DNA of 30,629 nucleotides from Vitrella brassicaformis CCMP3155 (lineage: Eukaryota; Protista; Chromerida): positions 1-30,629 of the forward strand of contig CDMY01000686.1 of assembly GCA_001179505.1 (NCBI GenBank), given 5' to 3'. Below, one piece after another: positions 10,088-21,141 of the stretch. The number at the start of each line of letters is the position of its first letter. The first letter of the stretch is position 1. The translations under genes and the position numbers were made by a program. The notes beneath the pieces were generated by a model, which was not told the origin of the DNA, searched no databases, and was given only the letters and a program-made list of their open reading frames with translations.

Positions 10088-13000
10088 AGACTATGACGAA
10101 CTGACAAGGATGTTCATTTCACATTACGAATTTTCCGAAGCGATAAATGTTCTCTGCGCGAATTCCACAAAGCAATGACACAAGTCCGACTGCTGAAGTC
10201 GGCCGATCAGTGGGCTGGCTATGTGTCTCTCACCCGGCATGCCGATGGTGTGCCCGATACCGAAGGGGATCAGAATGTGGGCAAAGTCGATGATTTCTGA
10301 GAGCCATGACAAAGGACAGAAGAGAGAAGAAGGTGGAGAACAGTTGTGTGTCACCACGGTAAGTGCCTACTGTGAGCTGCCTGTTTCGCGTAGTGCTTTG
10401 CTATCCTTAGTTCACGCTTCCAGCCTCGCGGCCAGCACCATTCATCATCTGAAGCACCCAGAAAGCAACCAACGGTAAAGCACGAGCTAGCTCATAAACT
10501 GACGTTCAGCATCAGCCTGCGAATAACACCTTTCATACCTGTTGGGAGCGTGTCTTTCTCCGGATTAGGGCGACGTCTCTTTGTCGATTGTCTCAGCTCA
10601 AGCTGACACGCTCCACCTTCTCCGACACATGTGGCGTGGCATTCGTAGACTTCGTGCTGCTGGCAGGAGGCGTGCAGAGGCGACGAGGCGACGTTGTTGC
10701 ACCAGTACCAGGTCTTTTCGCATCTCTCCATTGTTTCCTTATCTGAACACACGACAGAGATTGTGCATTGCCAGTGCGTGAGACAGATATTGCCAATAGT
10801 GCGTGAGACACATATTGCTTGTTTCCATTTGTACCTTCCTTGGCATGCACAAGATACTCAACCGGCCGAATTGCTTGGCATTTCATCAGCGTCCAGATGT
10901 CTGGCGTCTGAGACAAAACAGAGATGGAAATGAAAGCAACTTGTGCAAACCATCCAGAGAGGGAGGTTGTCTGCGTCACTTTTACCCCCTTTGGTGCCAA
11001 AGTCGACGGCTGCCACGAGAAGGCTGAAGTAGGTGAGCAAGGACCTGACTCAGTCCAAACAAGCGAAAGGAGATGCGATTGTGTCTATGAGAGACTGAGC
11101 GGCTTGTTTGATACTCGTGTCAAAGGGTGTCAGTTTTGTGTCGACACAGGACTGCCAGATAATCAATTGAGGACGGAAAACTACATCTCCTGTTGTCATG
11201 GTCGGCTCAGGGAAGAGATCGCTAAACCTCTGCCAGTCATCGAGCCTGCTCACGCCCACGTCGAAATATCCCTGCGCAAATGAGCGAAGCTCAGATACGA
11301 AGAGATTGGCGAGCCATTTCTCTTTTTTTCCAACTCACTTCTTTCGCAACTTCTGTTCCCTTTTGCGATGCCTCTTGTTCGTCTGTCTCTTTAATGGAGG
11401 TTGGGGCCATGATCCTGAGCCTCTCCTGACACCTCAGAATATCCTCAGGCAATTGCGCTTGATCTTGTGGCGTCGGACGATAGTGCTTCAACACTAGAGA
11501 TCCCAGCGGTCCTCCTTCGGGAAGAAAAGTGGTGCTGCCTTTCGCTTGGCCAGTGCAAAGCCACTGCTTCAGATCGCCCACGGTGCTGAAGTCGTAGTAC
11601 AATCTGAACGGGCAACCCATGATCATGTCTCATACTATACTGAACTTCCTGAAACTGGTCGGCTGCCATCGTGCGGCATGAACCCTGCACAGCTTACTTG
11701 GCTTCGCCGTCTGTGTACCCGACTTTGTATTTCTTGCTTGTGTCGCTCTTCGAAGTGAGCGTCTCGAAATAATATGGGACTGTGAATGCACAGAAGAGAC
11801 AACTAGAAATAAACTGAAACCACACTCTCTTTCTCGAGCGCACTTCTAATCATTCTAGGAACTTTTGCGGAGGATTTGATCAGCTGAGGTATCTGGAATG
11901 CCAGGAAATCTAGTTCCCTACCGGCCAGCCCATCAACACAGCTCATAAGCCATCCCTGTTTCTTCCGACTGCACATTTCAGGGGCTGGGTATTACCTCAG
12001 GTCATGGTTTGACGATTCACGTTTCCGTCCGGACAGGAAAGGAAAGATGAGCGGCGACTGACGAGTGGGTCCGGCAAGTGCTGAGACGAGCTGATTAGAG
12101 AATTGCAGATCCGTCTCGTAGAGGGGCCTGTGCTTGTAAACCCTAACACCCGGATCGAAAGCCGCGCCTTTCTTCGCGCCTTGAAGTTCTTGTAGATATT
12201 CGCGAAGTTCGCTTGTGAAGCTCCCCTGGGTTCGGACGGTCTTTCTCTGATTCGGTGTTGTTTTGCTGAACATGCCTGTGGCGACACCTCGCTGGTTCTG
12301 CCCTTCCGCGCTCATGGCATGGATGATCGACTCTTGGAAAGCGGCAGTGTAATTTGCTGTGATATTGATTGAGAGAGGGAGAGAGCGACAAAGACATAAA
12401 GAGACATCCCTTTCGTTCCGCAAGTTTAGTGAAAAGCCTACTTTTGCGCAGGTAGTAGGGAAAGATGGGAAGCTTGCTTGCATCATAGCCCGCGAAAAAC
12501 TCTTCCAGATTTCCTTTGATCCGCCTTTGACGTGGATGACGTCGAAAGAAAATGTTGGACTGCACAATCAGGCAAGGGCCAAGCAGTGCAAGCGCGGCTG
12601 CCTTTCGGCTGGCTGGTTGGTTTCTGATATGTTTGTTTACTTACTTGGGCTCTGCCAGTGGGGAGATCTCCCTGAGCATGACGGAAGCTCCAAAGTGATA
12701 CGCATGGAAGATCATTTGCGGTTCCTTCTGCAGCACCGCCTCTTTGATGGTGTAGCAAAAGTCCAAGGTGTTCCATGTCTCGCCTACAAGCATCCGAAAT
12801 ACGTATAAACAAAGGCGATGCGGGATGCATTCTCTCCGTTTCTGCATGAGTGTGTGCTACCCTTCTCTGGGCTTTCGTTGAAACACGTCACGATTGTCAC
12901 ATTCGGGCTATGCTTTTGCTGGCACACATCAAAAGTGGACAACAAAGTGTTTAACTCGACAGAAAGTCTGGCACGCAAACCCGCACACCGGAGCAAAGAG

Positions 13001-14967
13001 AGCGTCCATCTCGTTTATTTTGAGGTCTTGCTCAAAGTCCAATTCTAGGAAGACTTTCGGATGCCAGATGGTTGCGCTGTGGATGGGCGCGACAAAGAAC
13101 ACACATTCAGAGGAAACGAGGAGGGATGAATCGTTTCATCCTCACCAGCAGAATGATGCGGGAGCAGCTTTAAATGGCGGTGGCGTTTTTTTTGCTTCTT
13201 CGATGAACCACTCCTGAAAGTCGCTCCCAAATGCTGATCAAGGGGAGGTCAGTGGGCGACCGATAGAGAATTGGGTGTGTCCGTGGCGGGATACTGTGAC
13301 GTACTGTCTGTGGAATTGATCCTTTCGTCCCGATTCGGCTGCTCCTCCATGGCCTCACTCGCTTGCTGCATTCGAGTCCATCGAGGTTCCCCCCTGTATA
13401 CTCCGCTGCCGATCTGAAATCGACGAAGAACAAGTAAGCTTTCTCTGCGTTGTATTGTGTCTCATTGCCACATACCGCAGCGACAAAGGCGTTTTTGAAT
13501 CTGGCGGGGAACACCGCTGACGTGGAAGAGCGCAAACAACAATGGAAAGAAAAGCAATGACAACAAACAGCGATCAGGCCACATGAAGCGCGTCTTTTCC
13601 GAAGAAGCACCAGTCTTCGCGAACTTAGGGAACATGGGAGATTGTCCATCAACAGTGCTTCGGTGGCTCCAAGAAGGGCTGCAGCACAAATGCACATCAC
13701 AAGACTCCTGCCATTCGCGCACTCACACGCAGCCTTGATTACTTGATGTCGTCTTCTGGCAAAAGGCTCTGGAACTCAAGACTGCTGCCGAATGAGAACG
13801 GAGAGGTTCCCACGTACATGAACTTCCCACCACCTGGTTCGGCAAGCAGGGTTGCCAGCACCGAGCACAGCGCTTTCGTGTCCTGTCGCTCAGGCGGCCA
13901 AAGCCGACTCAGATTGGATCTCTCTCGAATCAGCTCCTGCCGTAGTTGTTGTTCCTCTTTCGCCTGCGACACTTTCTTCCCCTTCTTTGCCGACTTGACA
14001 TCCAGGAGCACCTCAAGGAGACGGCCGGCGTCTATGCCGCAGGTTGTGAGGGTGACAGTGGGCGGAGAGAAGGGGTTTTTCTTTGGAGCTTGGCCTTTCT
14101 TGATGTCGCTGGAGAGGTGCAGAGCTATGTCTTTGGCGACGGAAAGACCGAGGAAGGACCCTAGCGTCCATGTAATATCACAGCAGCTCGGCGCTGGGGC
14201 CTTTGGAGTCGGACCCACCAATATCTCTTCGCCTGATTGCACGGCCATCGGCCAAAGAGACAACAATTGAGACAGACACCCGACAGACAGATGACCACGC
14301 ACTGCCAGTGCAAATGCACCTTTCAGCGTTGAGTTGTCGAAGCGGGTGGAGACTCTCACGGCCTGGCCGCCGAGAGATGCCAAAAGGAGAGCGTTGATCG
14401 CGAAAACCATGCGCGAGGACGCGAGGAAGGGCGTCATGACGGGAACGACTTGGGGAGGGGGTCACAGAAGGGAGACGGCAGTGCAAGATCACGCTGGGGG
14501 CCCGTCATGTCTTGGAGTTCTGATGAATGATTGAGGTTGCATGTGGGGTGGATGAGCAACTTCGGAAGCACCTCAGCTAAGCCTTTTGGTTTGTGGGACT
14601 CATCCAATTGATGTACCGCAAAGTACACTCCTGGCCATGGGGGTATACTAGATTGGCCGTAGAAGAGCCCCCATGGCGGTAGAAGACTTAGTGTGGTTAC
14701 TCCTTGGAATTCATGGCCGAGTGCGAAGGCCGCCACCATCGGCCATGCTCTCAGCATGTGCCCTTGTGCGATTGTCTCGAGCCCCTTTTGGCAACCGACA
14801 CGCCTTCACGTGGCGGCGAAGCGAAGGCCGCACCCCACAGGCTTCTCCCTCTTTCTCTCTTTCTCTTGAAGTTCTTCTTTTCTTCTTCCTTTGGTTTTCC
14901 CCCGGGGGTGGGTTTTGGGGGACGGCTCGGGGGTTTTGGTTGGAGGGCGATTGACTTGAGGCCTCAT
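10088..14967 (-). CDS. Large multi-exon orphan protein, 5' part (roughly 1000+ aa, about 15-20 exons), no recognised family
   Basis: Candidate ATG 14967 (MRPQVNRPPTKTPEPSPK...). Spliceable exons include LVPVMTPFLASSRMVF, GEEILVGPTPKAP...EDDIK, SLVMCICAAALLG, AVFPARFKNAF, ATIWHPKVFLELDF, GETWNTLDFCYTIKEAVLQKEP, NYTAAFQESII, SRKKQGWLMSCVDGL, VPYYFETL, LYYDFSTVGDLKQWL, TPDIWTLMKCQ, DKETMERCEKTWYWC, EIIDFAHILIPF and ENIYRFGKF. Most junctions are phase-compatible; some are not resolved. Confidence 0.6.
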
Positions 14968-15853
14968 CCACGACGCAACGTCTCAAAACAGCGCGTCCAC
15001 ATCCTTCCCCACTCCCGGCCATTCGCAAAAACGTGATACCCTTCCTGATGCATCTCAAGTACATGGGCGTCCTTTTTTTCCATCTGGACGGCCGGGAGTG
15101 GGTGGGTGGGTAGGGTAGCAATCAACAACCAGGTGTTCGCTGTCGAGGTGCTTGTGTAGTATTAGTGTCGCCCGCAGGTAGACAATAGTTGCAAGTAGCA
15201 GGTAGCGGGTGACTGGTCTGTTGGTAGACAGGTTAGTCGATGCGTCTGCTGGTACAGGTAGACAACACTGACTGCTCTGATATGGTCTGTACATTGGTAC
15301 AGAAATGTGTTGCTGTGTCGTATGCCTGGACAGTCCAGTGAGGAATGCACAGTGTTGCTCATAAAGCACGCGTGCAAGGCCAGACCTCCTCGCCTCCGCA
15401 TTTGTGGCTGGTCGTTGCTCGGCTCGGCGCTTCGCCCCTCGCCTCGCGATCGCACTTTGTGGGAGACACAGCAGGCTTACACATGAGTAGTCCAATATGG
15501 AAGTGCTAGAATGATCCAAATATGGCTGCACTGAAGCGATCAATCTAGGACGCGTCACGTTACCCTGAGAGAAAGACCGTATGAATGGAAAACATAGGAG
15601 CACAGCTACCGTGCGATCTAATGTATGCACATGTGAAGTACAGACAGAGCGACAGGCAGGCAGACCTTTCTCTACAGACCTCCAAAGACAAAGAGGCACT
15701 CACAGCTCACTGAGAGACACACAGACACGGGCGCATGAGCCAGCTGACCTTCACAAAATTCATCAGCTGGCCACACGATCTGACTTCTCGCTTTTGACAT
15801 CACCAACAGAACATAAGAAGGCAGACGTACAGAACCAGACAAATGCCCCGGCT

Positions 15854-18800
15854 TCACTGATTCTTCTTGCATGCGTATGATTTGACCACTGCTGATGCCT
15901 TCAGCCGTTTGCCGTTGGAGTCTACCGCCACGACCTGATAGTGTTCGCACACCTGTCGAGCACGTTCCACCTTGACGAAATGCTCGAACTGTTTCCGGTC
16001 AATTGTCTTGGTCAAGCGCTTGGGCGGGCCATTCTCTCCTTGGTACACCAACCACTGTAAGCGCAAAAGGGCAAAGAGCAATGATTCGTGGCTACATCTG
16101 TACTCTGTCGAACCTTGGCGACGTTGGTGGCCCCATTCCAGCTGAAGTGGATCCTCGGAATCTTGTCCTTGTTGCTGCTGTCGAGAACGAGGGCTGGTGG
16201 CCAGTGCGGCTCGGCCCACCACTGGTCGCGTGTGTATTTGTGGGCGCTGTGGCTGTTCTGCCCATCCTCGAAATACATCTCCATCACCACCTCGCCTGTG
16301 CGCGCAAGGAAAGAAAGACATAAGCCATAGGGTCTACGTAGATTGTCCATCTTTCTTTCTGCGCTCCAACGAACCATTTGGTTTCACTTCGGTGTAGAAA
16401 GGGGCTGACCAGTCGCCTTGCATGCTGCGTGCACAAGGACAGGAGGGAACAGCGATGTGGAAGACAAATGTGAGGTCTTCCTACTCGGGGCCGACTCCCA
16501 TGCCTCCCCAACAAATGGCAGTGTTGCCGTTCGACAGCCTGGAGGACAAAACGGCTCAACGCATGTGTCGGGGCTCGTCAGACTTCTGCCTGTGTGTGCC
16601 TACCTCTGCACGCTTCCATTGGCTAGGGAGTAGATCTGGTTGCCATGTGTGTACTCCCACACCTTCGTGGCAGTCTTGGCCTTGTGATCGAGCTGGTACT
16701 CGACTGCCCTTGCGACCTCGCCGTCACTGAACACATGATGCATAAATACACAAATGACTTGCACGGGCGCATAAGCGAACTGATTTGTACAGCTTTTGTG
16801 CGTACTGGTTCACATGATTGTCGAACATGAGGATGTCTGTGACAGGAGGGTGCACAAGTACGTGTCGGTCGCCTGTTGAGACGGATTCCATGCTCACTTC
16901 CGTTTTTTATCTCGTGGGCAAAGTGCTGGAAGGCGAACGGTCGGGGCTCGTTGACGAACTTGAAGTCGCTGAACCCGTGATGCCCACCGAGCCGCCACAT
17001 GACGTCTCCTGTCCGCCTGTTGACCTTCATCACACCTGTGTATTCACATACAGACGCGCATGTCATTTTCTGACAATCGGATGGGAGGTGGTGGCCACGT
17101 GTCCTGCTCACCCATGTGTCGCAAGGAATAGACGTGGTTGCCATCCGGGGAGCGGGAAATGCCATTGGGATGCTGAAGATTGCAATCAATCACAGTACAG
17201 ACAGGGACATCTAGTGAGCAGCGTGCGCGCCAATTCGATGTGCCGACCGCGACGTCCCCTTGATCGTTCAGCATCCCAAACTGAAGCATCTCGTCGACGG
17301 TCATGTAGTCCCACTGACAACACAATGTGAGAAGAACAAAGAACAGATAAGGTTGACGCACGCAGTGGGTGTGGGTCGCCTACCATTCGCCACTCAAAGA
17401 CCGGGTTTCCGTATTTGTCTTGTTCCGTGAATACTGCTGCGTTGATCCTGACAGTCCTCCCCTTGTGGCGCATGTACTGCGTGTCCTCGTGCATCATAAT
17501 CGCCCCTCCATCTTTGTCGATCTTGAAGTCATGGCCTGAGCAACATATCCGAGCCATCTGCTGCCCCTGAGCCATGTGGACGTGTGAGCGCATACCATCC
17601 TTCTTGTATCCGTGGGGCTCTGTAAAGGTCTTGACCTTTTTGAAGCGGTGGTCGAATAAGGCCGCATCGAACGATAGCATCTTGGCGTCCTGAGCACACA
17701 AGGGCATGATGTATCGTTGTGGTCTCAGCGCCTCTCGGCGCCACCTTATTTACCGTCACAATGAGGTTCCCTCGTGAGTCATACATACCCGGGACCTCGG
17801 TGAAGAAGACAATGTCGCCCTCATTGTCCAGCATCATCAACCTGCACACGGGAAAGGCGCCCTCTGCACATGCGTTGCTGCCCCAGGAGTGTGAATGATT
17901 GTGTGCACTCACCAAGGGTGCTCACGCTCGAACTCCCTCTGGTTGGTGGGTCCCCTCCGATTACTGGCCACACAGCGGAATGGAGCAGGGGTCTAGATTT
18001 CTTCACGAGGCGACCGATTGCTTACGTGAAGAAGACGTAGCCCTCCTGCACCCCCTCCTTCGCAGGAACGGACATGCGGATACGCGGGAAGTAGGGCGGA
18101 ATCGTCTTGTAGTTACTGAAGGTCTCCACACGTGTCGAGAGAAATGAGTCTGGACGTTCTCTCTTATTGCTCTCGTCACGCTTACCGCTGCAGGTATTTC
18201 GCAACCGGGAAGGTGTTCATGAGTTCAAAGCCGTTCTTGAAGCCGAATGTTCCTCTCATCATGGTGTGGTTGCTGCCCTCTCTCACGCCACGAGGGATGA
18301 AGTAGTCGTCCATCATGCCGGATTTGGCATCGTCCGGGACAGACGGCGGGTCCAACACGTAGCTCTTCCCAACTGACACACGTATCAGTGCCGTCACCCA
18401 CACCCATTCATCTATGTGCGGCCTCTCACCTGGCCTGATTTTCCTTCGCTGCTCCTGTAGCTTTTCTCGTTTGGACAGTGGGTCTGTCGAGAAGGGGAGG
18501 CTCTCACGAACAGTGAATCGCCACTGCAGCCCTCCTGCGAAGCCAGCAGCGGTCTTGAGGCCCCCCAGCACGCTCACTTGCACCGATTCGCCGAGCTTGA
18601 AGGGCTTGTTGCCTCGAAAGATCACTGTCTGACCATCTGAGCGAGCGATGGCAAAGAAAAACACAAGTGAAACGTGTCTGTTCCATTCGCTGACCTGCCG
18701 CAAGCACGATCTCTCCCTGCACGTTGCCCGACTTGCTACCGTGGACCTTGATCTTGCCCTGGATGGACTCCGCTTTGATGAGTGAGCCTTGCCTGACGGC

Positions 18801-19059
18801 GATGGTTGTCAGCGGTGACACGAGCTGCGCATCGAGGCGGGGATGGATGTATCTGAATCGAACACAGCACCAAATACAACGTGCATCGGGTCAGTGCCAC
18901 CATGAGGACTCACTCGAATGGGCCGAACTGCCGCCCGAACTGCCGCCCGCTCCCTTCCAGAGCCGCCAAGGCGCCATCGTCATCAACCTCAGCTTCGGTA
19001 AAAGAAGAAACCCAAGACCAGTTCAGCGCGACGACGCAGAAGACGAAGTGCCGCCGCAT
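15854..19059 (-). CDS. Arylsulfotransferase (ASST) family protein with signal peptide and N-terminal Ig-like region; >10 introns
   Basis: N-terminus MRRHFVFCVVALNWSWVSSFTEA (signal peptide-like). Motifs GHDFKID, HPNGISRSPDGNHVYSLRHM, KVNRRTGDVMWRLGG, FAFQHFAHE, MFDNH and FSWNGATNVAK match the ASST beta-propeller and catalytic pattern. Stop at 15854-15856. Confidence 0.85.
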
Positions 19060-19278
19060 TTTGACTCTTTCTCTTCAGAATTTGCTTCCCTCTCCCTCAC
19101 TATTTCGGCGCATTGCGGTTGAAAACTGCGTGTTGCAGACAAAGCCGCTGCTAGGCTGCGTGTCATGAGGGCTGGGCCCTTCTTGTGCGTCTTCTCGCCT
19201 TCGGTACGAACATGCCCCCTGACGGCACGGCTCTCTCTAACGGCCGATAAAAAATAGAAGTCAGCCCGCGCACAAGAG
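19060..19278. promoter_or_regulatory. Short divergent intergenic region between ASST and Myb genes
   Basis: Only 219 bp separate the two oppositely oriented start codons (19059 - and 19279 +). Confidence 0.4.
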
Positions 19279-21141
19279 ATGGACTCTCACCTGGCTCATC
19301 CGCTCAACGACAGCTGTCCGCGGCGCGTCGTCGCCTGGTGGAATGTGCTCCATCCCGACTTCCCGCCCATGACGGTCAACGCCGCCCAGGAACTGACCGG
19401 CGTCATTGCACAGCTGAGTACTTCGCTCAGCAATGCGGGAGAGAGCAGGAGGAAGGTGGTTCGTTCAACTACTTCATTCAAGCCCTCGCCGACCTGCTCA
19501 TACGTCACCCACACAAGGCCCTTCACCTTCTCTTGGGGAAGAAAGCCATCGTCAACTACGGCTTTGTGGTGCGCGAGGCCAATGACACTATCCTGTGGCC
19601 ACCAGCATCTGCGTGGCTGCTTGTTTCTGTCCATTCCACAGGCTTGTGACGTCCCCCTTCGGATCACCGACGAGCTCCAGGAATTCTCTCGGCCGGTCTC
19701 AAGACTGCCGTGATGATGTACGCCGGCACGTCCCACAACAGCGACAATGGGGCGGGTCCGCCACCCGAGCACCGGTACGCGTCGGAATTGATCCCTCACA
19801 CCCCCTCTGCTCTCTGTCGACCTGTGCTTTGAGTGTGTGTAGCATGACTGACTATTTGGCTGATGCCATTGAGTTCGCCAATGACGTCTTGCACACCGGG
19901 ATCAGCCTGGCGACCAAGTGGAGGGACGCACAGCCGCTGGCCTGGCTGCTGTCCGCCATCGAGTTCTATATCGACGACGTCCACGACACCGACCTCAAGG
20001 GACGCACCGAGGCGTGCCTCCGCGAGAGAGAGATGATACAGGACATTCCAGACGACCAGCGATGGCCAAAGATCATGGGAGGCCTTCGCCAGCATGACCT
20101 GGTGGTTGGGTGAAGACAGAATAGCCGGTTGGGCGACATAGAATCACATGTGTGTCCCTTTCCTCAGACCACAGGAGGTCTGTACGACATGAAGCCGTCG
20201 ACGGCTGAACTGCTGCACGCAGGGGACGTCACCAAGTTTCCGGTAGGGATAAAGCGAGCCACGACAACCGATGGAAACATGTGCTGTTGCTTGTCAGTGG
20301 CTGCTTGTCGCACGCAACCTGAGGAACGGTCAGCTATCCAGCAGCAAGTCATGCCACCAGTACGCCGTCGAGAAGGGACTGATGGTGGACAGCGACAAGG
20401 AGCAGCGGGACGCCGAGTGGCGGACGGCTGTCGACCTGACGGCCGCAGCGACTGGCAAGCTCATCGATGACTTCATCGCTGGCACCAGACCCGCCGACAC
20501 GAAGAGGCAAGTATTTCCGGCGCACCGCTTCGTATGTTGATTGATGGTGCGTGTCCAGCGATCAACCCGACTGGCTACGCTCGTCTCAGGCTGCGGCAAC
20601 GAGGGCACGTGGGTGGTCCGAGGAGGAGGACAAGCGGCTGCAGGAGCTCGCTGACGGCATGAAGAACACCACCGGCGCCATCAGGTAAGTCGCTGATGTC
20701 GGTTCGACTTCTTCGCCTGTATCTGGTTTGTACGCAGGTATGATTCGCTGTGCCGTGACATGGCCACCGAGGGTTACATGCGCGATGAGAAGGAGGTATT
20801 CTTCCGCCTCACCTTCCTGGCCAAGCTGAAACGTCTCCGGTCCGGCCTACCGTTCCGTAGCGGACAGAAATGGAGCGATTCAGATGTGCAGAAGCTTCTC
20901 GACGACGTCCGCGACTCGATACCGTATGCTGATGCCTTCAAAACACATATTAGCATCCGTTCTTGCCTGTACATTGTCTGCTGTCAGGCGTGACCTCATT
21001 GCTGCTGGGCTGGGTCGGAGTGTGGAGGCGGTGCTGACAAGATGGAGGAGGTTTCGATCGGACAACGACAACCTTCGGCTCGCCCGTCAATCAATCTTCT
21101 GGCTTCCAGCAGATGTCGAGTGCCTGAAGGAGATGCGATGA
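19279..21141 (+). CDS. Myb/SANT-repeat protein; 5' exons show apparent frame breaks (possible pseudogene or assembly errors)
   Basis: 3' exons encode RGWSEEEDKRLQELADG... and QKWSDSDVQKLLDDVRDSIPRDLIAAGLGRSVEAVLTRWRRF (Myb-like repeats). Stop 21139-21141. The model requires a GC-AG intron at 20507-20558. Confidence 0.65.
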
